Source: Octopus vulgaris
Lineage: Eukaryota
NCBI GenBank assembly: GCA_951406725.2
Contig: OX597833.1
Location: forward strand, 16,182,001 to 16,246,000
Length of the DNA: 64,000 nucleotides
Direction of reading: 5' to 3'
Shown here: in pieces, positions 26,956-41,346 of the stretch
Layout: each line of letters starts with the position of its first letter
Numbering within the stretch: the first letter of the stretch is position 1
Translations under genes and position numbers: made by a program
The notes under the pieces: model-generated
What the model saw: the letters and a program-made list of their open reading frames with translations, nothing else
Databases searched by the model: none
What the model was told of the DNA's origin: nothing

Positions 26956-27534
26956 CTGAAACAAATATTGCGAGGTATTCTTACACAAAGTTCTCCAACT
27001 CTATCAATTCTTTTTATTAGTGTTCGGTTAATCATATTTTTTTCTTACCACAGAGCAAATAGTTGCGTACAATGCTTCTGGGTATACACTGTCAGATACA
27101 GGTAAAATTGTTTTCCTCTATTTACACTCGAAAAAAGTGTGTATCACTAACGGTTGTTTCCTCTTGGGCCCGTTTCGGGGTTCCGGGACAAGCATCCTTT
27201 ATGCTTTCACCACATAACTCTCAGAACAAGTTGCAAGCTTATCGCTGGTTGTTCTGGCATTCAGTAGAAACCACAATATATATTTTTTGAACGGATCCTT
27301 CAGCCGAAGATCCGAATGCGTCTGCTGTTAACCTGCGCGATGGACGATGTAGTCGGGTTATTCTTGCGAACCCTTTTCATATTGCAGCTGCGATGATCTT
27401 ATTCGTGCCATGCACCAAGTTGGTGTTTGTATAGGACCCGCGAAAGTGTAATAGCGGTTACTTCTTATAGGACCTTATGGAGGGGGTAGCTGAGAACAAG
27501 CCCCACGGTCCTCCCAGGAATAGTGAACGGGGAA

Positions 27535-27847
27535 GATAGATAGATAAATAGGTAGGTAGGTAGGTAGGTAGGTAGGTAGGTATGTAGGTAGGTAGGTCGG
27601 TAGGTAAGCAGGTAGAATGAAGGAAGGAACGAACGAATGAAGGAAAAAGAAAGGAAGGAAAAAGAAGGAAGGATGGAAGGAAGTAAGGAAAAGAAAAAAG
27701 GAAGGAATGAAAAGAGAAAGAGGAAGGTAAAAAGGAAAAAAGAAGGAAAAAGGAAAAAAGGAAAAAAGAAGGAAGGAAAAGGAAGGAAGGAAGGAAGGAA
27801 GGAAGGAAGGAAGGAAGGAAGGAAGGAAGAAGGAAAGAAAGAAACAG

Positions 27848-27890
<43 letters not shown>

Positions 27891-27891
27891 G

Positions 27892-27922
<31 letters not shown>

Positions 27923-28750
27923 AAAGAAGGTATGAAGGAAGGAAAGAAGGAAGGAAGGAAGGCAGGAAGGAAGGAAGGCAGGAAGGCAGAAGGAAAGAAA
28001 GGAACGAACGAACGAACGACGGAAGGAAGGAAGATAGGAAGGAAGGAAGGAAGGAAGGAAGGAAGGAAGGGAGGAAGGAAGAATGAGAGGAAGGGAGGAA
28101 GGAAGGAAGGAAGAAAGGAACGAACGAACGAAGGAAAGAAGGAAGGGAGGGAGGAAGGAAGGAAGGAAGGAAGGAAGGAAGGAAGGAAGGAAGGAAGGAA
28201 GGAAGGAAGGAAGGAAGGAAGGAAGGAAGGGAGGAAGGGGTGAAATGAAGGAAGGAAGGACGGAAGGAACGAAGGTAGGAAGGAACGAACGAACGAACGA
28301 AGGAATGAAGGAACGAACGAAGGAACGAAGGGAGGGAGGAAGGCAGGAACCAAGGAAGGAAGGAAGGAAGGAACCAAGGAAGGAAGGAACGAACGAACGA
28401 ACGAACGAACGGACGAACGAACGAACGAACGAAAGAACGAACGAACGAACAAACGAACGAACGAAGGGAGGAAGCAGGAAGGAAGAAGGAAAGAAAGGGA
28501 ACGAACGAACGAACGAACGAACGAAGGGAGGAAGCAGGAAGGAAGAAGAAAAGAAAGGAAGGAACGAACGAACGAACGAACGAACGAACGAACGAACGAA
28601 CGAACGAAACGAACGAACGAACGAACGAAAGAACGAACGAACGAACGAACGAACGAACGAACGAAGGGAGGAAGCAGGAAGGAAGAAGGAAAGAAAGGAA
28701 GGAACGAACGAACGAACGAACGAAGGAGAAAGGAAGGAAAGAGGTGAGGG
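27535..28750. repeat. Purine-rich (GGAA)/(GAAA)/(GAAC)n microsatellite, ~1.2 kb
   Basis: Directly visible; explains the 442 aa pseudo-ORF. Confidence 0.95.
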
Positions 28751-29051
28751 AGGAAGTGTATATGTGAGTGATTCACGTTGCTGACAATTACATTTTTATG
28801 CAAATATGGTCAGATGAAGTAGATTCCGTTCGATTAGCTTGTGTTCTATAAATAACCATAAGCTGCTATGCCCGCGGCCACATGAGAATCCTTACTCTCA
28901 TGAAACAGTAAAAATACTCAATGAAATTAATCAAATCAATCTTTTTCTTCTGGTTACAGACAGAACGGGGTTTAATGTAAATATCTACATTTGACATCAA
29001 GGTTCAAAACTCTTGTTTACTATAAACATATGTTCGTAATTTTAGCATACA

Positions 29052-29480
29052 TTTCTTATTTCTTTATTGCCCACAAGGGGTTAAACATAGAGGGGACAAA
29101 CAAGGACAGACAAACGGATTAAGTCGATTATATCGACCCCAGTGCGTAACTAGTACTTAATTTATCGACCCCGAAAGGATGAAAGACAAAGTCGACCTCG
29201 GCGGAATTTGAACTCAGAACGGAACGGCAGACGAAATAACTATTTCTTATTTCTTTATTTCTCGCAAGGGGCTAAACACAGAAGGGACAAACAAGGACAG
29301 ACAAACGGATTAAGTCGATTATATCGACCCCAGTGCGTAACTGGTACTTATTTAATCGACTCCGAAAGGATGAAAGGCAAAGTCGACCTCTGCGGAATTT
29401 GAACTCAGAACGTAGCGATAGACGAAATACTGCTGAGCATTTCGCCCGGCGTGCTAACATTTCTGCCAGCTCACCGCCCT
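29052..29480 (-). mobile_element. Nin-domain SINE dimer
   Basis: Two tandem bodies, one head. Confidence 0.82.
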
Positions 29481-30115
29481 AATAAAATTTCCCCTGTTTC
29501 ATTATCAATGTTCTGCTTGTGGCCAGCCCCCTTGATAGTCAGCTAACATCTTGATTTAAGTTTTTCCTTTACCAAATCTCATGATATTGCTTCTAATAAA
29601 TCTTGATTTTTTATGACTATACCTACTATGATTTCTGTCGATTCCCTCAGCACTACCCCTAACAGACACTGCCCCTTGTTCTCTCGGATTTAGATATACA
29701 AGGATTTGATAAAACTAGTCTATAAATTAAAACTGACCCATAAAACAGTGACAAGTAGAAATCTGTAACAAGTCATTCTTCCTAATACCTTAATAGCTTC
29801 TAAGCTGAATCGAAGGCAGCATGTTCTTTGTCTATCTCCTTAACTTCTTTGAGATTTTAAGTAAAAGTATACTAATGTGTCCATCTGTTTTAGTTTAATT
29901 AAATTATATGTCCTTGTGCGGCTGAGGATTGCTCTGCATTTAAATTGATGTAATGGTTGCATTGCTCAATTAAATGGAGTTACGTGAAACGATCGTACTG
30001 TATTACCTCCGGATATTCTTATTGATTATTTTGATTTTAATCACCTTATTTTGAAATTGTATGGATAATAGCGTACTAAATTCTGGTGCCTCAACTTAAA
30101 TACCATATCCATCTG

Positions 30116-30177
<62 letters not shown>

Positions 30178-30178
30178 G

Positions 30179-30244
<66 letters not shown>

Positions 30245-30359
30245 AAAATAGGATAAAATCTTCATGAGAATTTATCAAGTTATTAGCGTAAAAAACCTCA
30301 TAAGAGAAAAAAATTCACCAATTTTTTCACTTAAATATATTTATTTATATTATATAGAG

Positions 30360-30394
<35 letters not shown>

Positions 30395-30814
30395 GATGGG
30401 CTACAGCATAGTTTCCGTCAACCAAATTCACTCATAAGACATTGGTCGGTCTGGGGTTATAGAGGAAGACACTTGGCTAAGGAGCCGTGCAATGATGGAA
30501 GTGAACCGGAAACCATGGGGCTGCAAAACGATCTTCTTAACCACACGTACCTGCGGCTGTTGTCCAATTTAGTAGATCCATTTAGTTTCAAAGTCATATT
30601 CTTTCTATGACAGAACTATTTGTATTCAGTATATATATCTATTCAATTTCATTTTCTCTGCCATCTCAAAATTGAGAAACCTACCACTAATGAACCAGGA
30701 GAAAAAAACCTCTGAAACTACTGTTTTGTCTCTTGAAAAATAAAATCTATTTTGGTACGCTAGTTTTTAGTGTAGTTTTATTTAAACACATCAGTAAGTT
30801 TATCTTAAAATTAT

Positions 30815-31110
30815 TCTCTACATATTGACATATTTTATTGTCGAGGGAAAAGAATTGAGTCTTCTCACAATGATGAACATGGCATCCAATAAAACATTAT
30901 TGTTTTATCTAAACTGTATACACACACACTCACAAGTGTATGAATTTTATACACACTGTATTCACAGTGTATAAAGTATATACACACAATGCGTTCAATT
31001 GAATGTATCAACAAACACGGAACATTTGTTGCAAAATGCAAATTTTATAAAAACCGTTCCTGGGGAATATTTATGAAATTGTGAATTGGTTTTTGAAGTC
31101 TTACTTTAGT
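30815..31110 (+). repeat. Unclassified ~290 bp dispersed repeat (second copy 49920-50220)
   Basis: Shared gtcgagggaaaagaat..tctcacaatgat..atggcatccaataaaacattattg..acatttgttgcaaa. Confidence 0.75.
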
Positions 31111-31264
31111 AAAATCATAATAATTTAATAGTAATCAATATAGCTTGACACATACCAAGAACGAGCGAAACCTATACATCTGTGTGTGTGTGTGTGTATA
31201 CAATATATATGTGCGTATCTATATGTATATACGCATGATATGTATGTAGATATGTGTAGAAAGC

Positions 31265-31320
31265 GATAGATAGATACATACATACATACATGTATACATA
31301 CATACATACATACATACATG

Positions 31321-31351
<31 letters not shown>

Positions 31352-31461
31352 GCATACATACCTACATACATACACACATACATACATACATACATACATA
31401 CATACATACATACATACATACATACATGCATACATACATACATGGATAGATAGATAGATAT

Positions 31462-31543
<82 letters not shown>

Positions 31544-31561
31544 GCATACATACATACATAT

Positions 31562-31592
<31 letters not shown>

Positions 31593-31626
31593 CATATATA
31601 TATATACATGCATACATACATACATG

Positions 31627-31717
<91 letters not shown>

Positions 31718-31752
31718 GCATACATACATACATACATACATACATACATACA

Positions 31753-31786
<34 letters not shown>

Positions 31787-31804
31787 CATACATATATACA
31801 TACA

Positions 31805-31838
<34 letters not shown>

Positions 31839-31916
31839 CATAGATATATACATGCATACATACATACATGGATAGATAAGTTTCTTTATTGGCCACACAG
31901 GGCTGCACACAGATGG

Positions 31917-31947
<31 letters not shown>

Positions 31948-32030
31948 CAGACAGATAGACAGACAGACAGACAGACAGACAGGCGGATGAATAGATAGAT
32001 AAATAGATAGAGAGAGAGATATATATATAT
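31265..32030. repeat. Alternating (GATA)n/(CATA)n arrays
   Basis: Directly visible. Confidence 0.95.
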
Positions 32031-32318
32031 AGTTATAAATACATATATACATACACGTTTATGCTTGCACAATTATGCATCTGCATTGGATGTTTGACTA
32101 TGTATATGTCTACATAAACACTAGCAAACACATCCATATATATGCTCACTTACTTATCCATATATACACATACACACTATAAACACCTACACACTGGTGC
32201 TTTCATATACAAGTACATCCATTCTCCACTAAAAGTATTCTGGCCACGTATGAGCGTCTGTGTATGTATACATGTACGTATATAAATATAAATATATATA
32301 TATACACATTTACTTATT

Positions 32319-32394
<76 letters not shown>

Positions 32395-32423
32395 ATTTTA
32401 TATATATATATATATACATATAT

Positions 32424-32467
<44 letters not shown>

Positions 32468-32616
32468 TGTTTATGCTCTCAGAGTTATCCACATACATAC
32501 ACACTTATATAAGCATGCATACACATATACACATAAACACCTACACACTAATACTTGCATGGACCAATATGTGTATTCATCACACTTGTATTGCTATGTG
32601 TACGCATGCGTACCTC

Positions 32617-32657
<41 letters not shown>

Positions 32658-32754
32658 TCAGAACTTGCACATCCATCCAGAAATCTATACACATATGCAA
32701 ACCCATAAGCAATGGTAGTATCCCTGCGTACATACATACAAATATATATACATA

Positions 32755-32811
<57 letters not shown>

Positions 32812-33551
32812 AGAGAGAGAGGGAGAGAGAAATAGATACATACACACATACATACATACATACATACATACATACATACATACATACATACATACATACA
32901 TACATACATACATACATACATACATACATACATACATACATGCACATTAACAGTCACAGACTAATGCTTGCACAGACCAATACATCCATTCAAATGAAAA
33001 CATGAAGACCTATACACTCACCTTCCACGTATACACCCACTTTCTAAAACTTCATTATATACCCATTCGTACACGTTCATTCATGTCTGCATATAAACAC
33101 TCGCATACTAGTTCGTGACTTTGCATAAAATATAGTTTAAACTGTCGTTCAGTTTGAATCTATGTGTGTATACACACATAAAGACCGACATATTTATTCG
33201 TGACTACTCATAAATATATTTTTGATATATTCCTACAGATATGTAGATTTCACACTATATAAACATATATACACATATTTAAATAGACTGACATACGCAT
33301 TGACTTACGTATGTATTATAAATTGTTACTACGTATATCGAAACATTCTCATACGGAAAGATATGCACACTCTTGCACATGTACGCCCACGTAGATATCC
33401 GAGTGAATTTTGTTACGTAGAATCCATACATATGCGTATGCATGGTTATAGGACAAGAATACATAAAAAGATGGATAGGTGGGTAATATACAGACAGACA
33501 GACAGACAGATACACAGACAGGTAGACAGACAGACAGACAGATATACAGAC

Positions 33552-33689
<138 letters not shown>

Positions 33690-34130
33690 GTTTCTTTATT
33701 GGCCATACAGGGCTGCACACAGATGGGACAAATTACAAGGTAGAGCTTTTCTTTTGGGAGATGGAGAAAAAAAAAGTGGCGTAGGTTTTCGATCAAAAGG
33801 GATCGTAAAAGGGAAAAAAGAAAAAAAGTAAAAAGGAAAAGAAACAAAAGAAAAAAGAAAAAAGAAGAAAAAAGAGGAAAAAAGGGGAAGAGGAAAAAAA
33901 CGATCAATAGGGATCGTGTATCACAGTGTCATGATGTACGGTGTAAAGGGGGAAGCAGATAAGGTTTATCCGTTGGAAGAAAAGCCTACGAAAAAGACCA
34001 CGGTAACCTCGGTCAATGTTGTTATATGTTACCACATTTGTTTGCAAGTGGGTAACCCTCTGTTTTCAATTTCTGGGTTCATAGGATTATGCTCAAGGTG
34101 GCTTCGTCATTCATACGTGCCATCCTTGCT
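33690..34130 (-). mobile_element. 3' end of a LINE inserted in (GATA)n (ORF end plus 3' UTR)
   Basis: Minus strand ARMARMNDEATLSIIL* then UTR ending gcagccctgtatggccaataaagaaac; (GATA)n on both sides; four copies with the same 3' end. Confidence 0.7.
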
Positions 34131-34146
34131 ATAGATAGATAGATAA

Positions 34147-34307
<161 letters not shown>

Positions 34308-34308
34308 T

Positions 34309-34556
34309 GTTTCTTTATTAGCCACGCAGGGCTGCACACAGAGGGGACAAATTACAAAGTGGAGCTTTTCTTTATGGGGAGAAAAAAAAGCGGGGTAGGA
34401 TTTCGGGCAAAAGAAATCGTAAAATAAAGGGGAAAAAAACAATCAATAGGGATCGTTTATCACAGAAATGTCATGATGTCAAGTGTAAAGGGAGAAACAG
34501 ATAAAGTTTATCCGTGGAAAGAAAAGCCTACAGAAAAGACCACGGTAACCTCGGTC

Positions 34557-34558
<2 letters not shown>
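34309..34558 (-). mobile_element. Second 5'-truncated copy of the (GATA)n-associated LINE 3' end
   Basis: Homologous to 33690-34017; (GATA)n on both sides. Confidence 0.7.
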
Positions 34559-34626
<68 letters not shown>

Positions 34627-34906
34627 TCGATATAGATTGAGGGATATTTTGCATTCTCCCTTGCAGTTTAGAATGCTGATTTGAAAAGTAGTCAGCTGAA
34701 ATACTTGGGTAGTTGGTTAAGATCATAAAGCCTAACGCCTTTCTTTTTCCACAGGGACAGGTTTTCCGGTGAAATAATTTGAAATTTAAACTTACAAAAT
34801 ACAGAGCCAAAATATATGTCGCAAGGCAACTCATCCTGTTCTCCCTATAGCCAGAGTAAAGAGTTTAGCTTTATTACTTTCAGTGTGATATGTATACATA
34901 TACATG

Positions 34907-35240
34907 CGAGGGAATGTTGAAAAGTTCCTGGCATTAAGGGTACTGCGGAAGGCTTAGCTGGAGGCCCTACCTGCCGAGTTCTTCTACAGGGTTTAGAGAA
35001 AATGAAGGACCGCTACAATAAGTGAGTCTGAAAGGAGAATATGTTGTATGAAATTATTGACCGATAGAATAATAAGTACTAGGCTGACAAAGAATAAGTC
35101 CTGGGGTCGATTTGCTCGACTAAAGGCGTTGCTCCAGCATGGCGACAGTCAAATGACTGAAGCAAGTAAAAGAGTTAAAGAGAACTAGTCCACCTGTATT
35201 TTCATTTGGTCAAAGCCGCTAACTTTTCAGCACACCCTAG
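34907..35240 (+). mobile_element. Mariner-derived non-autonomous element containing a SINE 1 tail (35058-35185)
   Basis: Imperfect TIRs cgagggaatgttgaaaagtt / aacttttcagcacaccctag; remnant GLEKMKDRYNK..LKGEYV of mariner C-terminus. Confidence 0.6.
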
Positions 35241-35369
35241 TGTATATATATATATATATACACACATATGCGCGTGTAGGCACATAAAGGCAAAACAAGG
35301 TGGAAGAAAATAGTACACGAATAAAACTGATATTCCAAACTTCACTCTACAATTCTTCGGACGTTATAA

Positions 35370-35420
35370 TCACAAATGTCCGACGAAAGGCACCGGGAAA
35401 CTCTGAGTAACAGTTTGTGA
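35370..35420 (+). ncRNA. Hammerhead-like motif, variant core CCGACGA (family D)
   Basis: tcacaaatgt-CCGACGA-aaggcaccgg-GAAAC-tctga-GTA|acagtttgtga: long stem I, stem III ACTC/GAGT; stem II weak. Confidence 0.5.
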
Positions 35421-35442
35421 AGACTATTCAGCTTTAATAAAA

Positions 35443-35497
<55 letters not shown>

Positions 35498-35500
<3 letters not shown>

Positions 35501-35530
35501 TCAGAGTTTCACGGTGCCCTTCGTCGGAAA
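35498..35530 (-). ncRNA. Partial inverted copy of the family D hammerhead ending at the GUA triplet
   Basis: Reverse complement tttCCGACGAagggcaccgtGAAACtctgaGTA runs straight into (TA)n. Confidence 0.45.
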
Positions 35531-35574
35531 TTTAATTGTAAGTTTAAATTTCCAGTCTGGTTTTTACATTTCAT

Positions 35575-35860
35575 GTCCTCTCCAGTTTTGCGCAGGCCTG
35601 GGCTAAATGTAAGAAAATCCTGGGTAGCCCAATCGTCAGGATTCCTCATTCGACCTTGCTGACGTAGTCCAAAGGAGTGCAGAGCATTACGTTTGGCACC
35701 AGCTTGGTTGTAGGAGCTGCCGGAAGAGTGTGAAGTCGAACATTAAACCGCCTACGGGGCTCCACTCCGGATTTCTTTGAAGGTTGTCCTGGTACTGTCA
35801 GCCGGAGCCAGCTGAGCCCGGGACTCATATCAGGCAGGGTAGTCACTCCATGAAGTAGTG
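35575..35860 (-). mobile_element. Probable RTE-type LINE 5' region fragment
   Basis: GC-rich tttggcaccagcttgg..gccggaag..ctccactccggattt resembles RTE 5' UTRs (recalled, not verified). Confidence 0.3.
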
Positions 35861-35874
35861 AAGAAATCGTTACG

Positions 35875-35922
<48 letters not shown>

Positions 35923-36249
35923 GTACCTACATCTACATGTATATATACATGCATATATGGGTACAGAACACAAAAAAACGTCCATCACAATGAGAAACGA
36001 AAACATAAACACAAAACCAAGGAAATGGACATTCTTCTTAAATAACGAAAAAATAGAAGTACAGGACATACAACACAAGGAAAATTCCCCTTCTTCAGTC
36101 ATCTCTGTTTCATCTACTCTGCGTTTCGAAGGTCAAGGCGAGACATGACTTCGTTGAAACATTCCTTCCCGCAAAAAGCAAATTAAATAAAATTTGAGAT
36201 TTTGTTGCGGAGGGGTAAAAATGGTAACAAAAACAGGACAGTAAAGACA

Positions 36250-36349
<100 letters not shown>

Positions 36350-36362
36350 ACATACATACATA

Positions 36363-36763
36363 TGCGCAGGAGTGGCTGTGTGGTAAGTAGCTTGCTTACC
36401 AACCACATGGTTCTAGGTTCAGTCCCACTGCGTGGAATCTTGGGCAAGTGTCTTCTGCTATAGCCCCGGGCCGACCAATGCCTTGTGAGTGGATTTGGTA
36501 GACGGAAACTGAAAGAAGCCTGTTATATATGTATGTATGTATATATGTGTGTGTTTGTGTCTGTGTTTGTCCCCCTAGCATTGCTTGACAACCGATGCTG
36601 GTGTGTTTACGTCCCCGTCACTTAGCGATTCAGCAAAAAAGAGACCGATAGAATAAGTACTGGGCTTACAAAGAATAAGTCCCGGAGTCGATTTGCTCGA
36701 CTAAAGGCGGTGCTCCAGCATGGCCGCAGTCAAATGACTGAAACAAGTAAAAGAGTAAAAGAG
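36363..36763 (+). mobile_element. SINE family 1, full copy
   Basis: Near identity to consensus. Confidence 0.88.
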
Positions 36764-36776
36764 TATACATATATAC

Positions 36777-36823
<47 letters not shown>

Positions 36824-37232
36824 CTTATATGTGCTAAACATGAAACCTAATGAACATGATGGCAGTATTTCCTCTAATCAGTAAACAATAGGTTCAATAA
36901 CCAGGAGTAGAATGTTTTACATCAATCAACGTGACAGGCTACAAAAGCATAAATTATATAAATCCGTACGATATTAAATAAAAGTTTTACTGATTACATC
37001 GTCAGACTCGTTTACAAAGCTAACACCGATCTAGACACTTGTTTGTTTAATATGATTAGAAGGCGCACTTATAGTAGACAATGGAATATGTTATAGACAG
37101 CATGTTGTCATGTTATCAGGAATTCACTCATGTCTATAGAGATAGATGGTTTCATTAGTTCCCGGGCGTTAAATCTATTTTAAACGGCCAGAGACTGAAA
37201 ACAATGACAAGCCAGAAACCGACTAATTTCGT

Positions 37233-37278
<46 letters not shown>

Positions 37279-37344
37279 AGATTCATAATGACGTTAGTTT
37301 ACTACCATATCTTGCTAATTAAGCCTCCAGTAGCATGATGAAAA

Positions 37345-37706
37345 TATAATGTATAAGATAGGGTAACGAGTAAAGACCCAGTTCGGTCATGAATGACCAT
37401 GGATTGCTCCTTGAAAGTTCCCCTCCGAGGCACAAGTCCGGGCAAGGTTGTATATGAAAGACCAGCAGTCGCCCATGCGTACCAGCCTCTCCTTTCCATA
37501 ACACCGATGTTATCCAAGAGAAAGGTAAAAGTCAATACAGCTTGGCACCAGCGACACTGCAACTCATTTCCACAGCTGAGTAAACTGGAGCAACATGAAA
37601 TAAAGTGTCTTGCTCAAGAACACAACACAGCCCAGTCTGGGAATCGAACTCACTACCTCATGATTGTGTGCCCGACGGTCTCACCACTGAGCCATGAGCC
37701 TTCACA
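37345..37706 (-). mobile_element. tRNA-derived SINE with V-like central box
   Basis: Minus strand tggctcagtgg (A box), gttcgattccc (B box), ttgtgttcttgagcaagacact. Confidence 0.7.
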
Positions 37707-38235
37707 AAGTAAAAATACAAAGAGAGAAATGACTAAAAAAAAACAGAAGGAAAACAATACGCTAATATAAAGGTACAGAATATTACACATAATTATAGTC
37801 AGACAGGATTAGATCAATTAAAATTCAACTAAATAAATTGCTTAGTTAATGAGAAATTACAAAAGCGGTTAGTTTCGAGTTGCGGAGAACATTATATAGA
37901 TTCCCAGGGACAGAGTTAAAATTCACAAAATGAATTAGGGCACTATCCAGAACGCTGTTTAATTCAATTAAATAAGTTAATCGAAATTTTGAGAAGGATT
38001 TATTCAGTTATTGGGAACACGGAATCAATAACTTATGTGAATTATAAGAGACTTACATTTAAGGACATCTAGTGCTTCTACTTTACAAACGCTGTAATTA
38101 AATCCATCATTTTTGTACGGGGGCACTGTATGTGTAATTGGCAACGATAAGAAATAGCTAATACACCTCATTTGAGATCCCATACAAATTAAGTTAACGT
38201 GGTATTAAGTTCTGTTTTTTTATTCTCAAAGGTAT

Positions 38236-38468
38236 ACTCTTTACTCTTTTACTCTTTTACTTGTTTCAGTCATTTGACTGCGGCCATGCTGGAGCACCGC
38301 CTTTAGTCGAGCAAATCGACCCCGGGACTTATTCTTTGTAAGCCCAGTACTTATTCTATCGGTCTCTTTTGCCGAACCGCTAAGTGACGGGGACGTAAAC
38401 ACACCAGCATCGGTTGTCAAGCAATGCTAGGGGGACAAAGACACACACACAAAGACACACATATACAT

Positions 38469-38533
<65 letters not shown>

Positions 38534-38682
38534 TACGACAGGCTTCTTTCAGTTTCCGTCTACCAAATCCACTCGCAAGGCTATAGCAGAAGACACTTGC
38601 CCAAGATGCCACGCAGTGAGACTGAACCCAGAACCATGTGGCTGGTTAGCAAGCTACTTACCACACAGCCACTCCTGCGCCT
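38236..38682 (-). mobile_element. SINE family 1, full copy
   Basis: Reverse complement of consensus. Confidence 0.88.
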
Positions 38683-39123
38683 GTAGATAATTATATAAGC
38701 TGCATCTAAATTTGGATGCAGTAGCACTTACACAGTAACGTACCTTATCTGGTGTCGTAACTGAACATTTGCATACTAAATTAGCCTTAAGATATTAATT
38801 ATTTAAAGAGCACTTAACAGGATCTTTACAGCAGCACATGTTAGGTTTATCACCTAGCCGTAGTTTATTGAATTAGAAGAGGATGCACTTGTAGTATTAT
38901 CGGTAATAGAATGAGATGTTATATTCACAGTGGACGTAGGATTGTCATTGTTACTTGGATAATTAAAAGCACGTTTCCTATTGCTAATCTGGCTTAATTT
39001 CTAATTAATTGCTGCTATTTTTTATGCTAGATTTGGTGTTGTGGAGTCGACAAATTTTGCTGTGTCTATTAAGGATTTTACTATATCTACTAAAGTGGCG
39101 GAAATTACTTTCTCATGACTTAA

Positions 39124-39344
39124 CCCTTTAGTATTCAAACCGGCCATATCTGGCCAAAATATTTAACCTGTTATATATTGAAACTGACCAGATCTCACCT
39201 TTCACCTCAGCCCTACCATGTCGTTCTAAAACTAAAACAATCACATCACCGAAATCTCTAAACTACAAGATAATGCATGATTAATTCAAACCATTTTAAA
39301 TAAATAAACATCACATTTGACAGAATAATCTGAACACTAAAGGG
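39124..39344. mobile_element. piggyBac-like MITE
   Basis: TTAA-ccctttagtattcaaa ... tctgaacactaaaggg-TTAA. Confidence 0.75.
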
Positions 39345-40041
39345 TTAAAGAAAATTCTAGTGATATCCAAAGTTACAGGAATTTCGAAAGAGCAGTTGAA
39401 GCACAAATATTTCACTCATGTAGCTTATTTATTCTACTTGTACCGTTGCTATTTGGTGTTGGTTTAAGCTTAAAGACATCTATTCTCGCAGTGTCTTATC
39501 ATCCAGGTACAGCTTGGTATCTGTGTAATCAATACGATTACTTCTGGAAGATTGAGGGATAGCATCTAATCCAATTTATCCGGGCTCCCAATTCATTTAG
39601 GCTTCCAAGGAGAGTCCTTGACATTTTAATCAGATTACTCCATCTATTTGTATATGACTCCTTTTATCGTCAATAGGTATTACTGTTTTCTAGTATCTAC
39701 ATGAGTCTTTTCCAAACATTTGCGGATGTGATTAGTACTATTCTTATTGTGGTTGGATTACGACGTGAGTACCAACTGTAATCTTAAGCTGACTGTATTA
39801 CGACATGTATGTACTTGAGAATGCGGCCGGCTACCTTCGCGTATTTTTGAAGGTAAGTTACTGTATAAGTGCTACTACATCCAAATTTAGATATATCTTA
39901 CATAATCATCTACATTCCTTTAAGACTAAAAAATAGGGTTTAACCTGTTGCTCAGGTTGTACTGAATCTTCTCGCGGTATATCGATGCACAAACATCGAT
40001 ACACACAGGCACACACCCTCACACACACATACTTCCTTGGA

Positions 40042-40422
40042 AGCACTCCGTCGGTTCCGACGACGAGGGTTCCGGTTTGATCCGATCAACGGAACAGCCT
40101 GCTCGTGGAATTAACGTGTAAGTGGCTGAGCACTCCACAGACACGTGTACCCTTAACGTAGTTCTCGGGGATATTCAGCATGACACAGAGAGTGACAAGG
40201 CCGGCCCTTTGAAATACAGGTACAACAGAAACAGGAAGTAAGAGTGAGAGAAAGTTGTGGTGAAAGAGTACAGCAGGGATCACCACCACCCCCTGCCGGA
40301 GCCTCGTGGGGCTTTAGGTGTTTTCGCTCAATAAACACTCACAACGCCCGGTCTGGGAATCGAAACCGCGATCCTACGACCGCGAGTCCGCTGCCCTAAC
40401 CACTGGGCCATTGCGCCTCCAC
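40042..40422 (-). mobile_element. tRNA-derived SINE family 3, full copy
   Basis: Minus strand gtggaggcgcaatggcccagtggttagggcagcggactcgcggtcgtaggatcgcggtttcgattccc (A and B boxes). Confidence 0.85.
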
Positions 40423-40591
40423 ACAACACATACATACATATTTGATTAGAGGATATGTTGACCTTGTGAAGGGATGATTGCATCCAACGAAATACTGGTT
40501 CGATACCTAGTATTTTAGGGGAATGAAACGAATTGAGAAGCCCAAATATAACATCCAAAGGTACATCTTTTTTCCCTCTGATGTTAGATAT

Positions 40592-40915
40592 GTTTCTTTA
40601 TTAGCCACACAGGGCTGAACACAGAGGGGACAAATTGCATAGTAGAGATTTTCTTTTGGGGGAGAAAAAAAAGGCGTGGGGTAGGTTTTCGATCAAAAGG
40701 GATCGTAAAAAAAAGAAAAAAAAGAAAAAACTATCAATAGGGATCGTGGATCACAGAAATGTCATGATGTAAAGTGTAAAAGAGGAAACAGATAAGGTTT
40801 ATCCGTGGAAAGAAAAGCCTACGGAAAAGACCACGGTAACCTCGGTCAATAATGTCTCATGTTAACACATTTATTTGCAAGTAAGTAGCTCTCTGTTTTA
40901 AATTTTTCCGAGTTC
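40592..40915 (-). mobile_element. Third long copy of the (GATA)n-associated LINE 3' end
   Basis: Homologous to 33690-34083; abuts (GATA)n. Confidence 0.7.
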
Positions 40916-40948
40916 ATAGAGATAGATAGACAGACAGACAGACGGACG

Positions 40949-41119
<171 letters not shown>

Positions 41120-41346
41120 GTGTGTCTATGCAGTAGAACGCAAAAACGTGCAAAATGACTTTAGTGTCTACACACGAGCGCATATTTATATACACAACCA
41201 TAGGCATATATAATACATCGGTAAAAAATTCAAACACACTCACGCATACATATGCTTGTCTGCACATAAACATACACAAAACGTATATGCACATATCCAC
41301 AAATATATACACACATATATCCGCAGGTTGCTATACAAATATATAT

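Noticed and set aside
27475-28803. 442 aa and 233 aa ORFs
   Set aside because: Entirely (GGAA/GAAC)n repeat.
36085-36175. Hammerhead-like boxes on the minus strand (GAAAC..GTA..CTGAAGA)
   Set aside because: Could not build consistent stems I-III by eye; may be a decayed pLTR but is unsupported.
40350-40422. tRNA gene (also SINE heads at 17515, 48613, 51402)
   Set aside because: A/B boxes are present but there is no closed acceptor stem, and they continue into SINE bodies.
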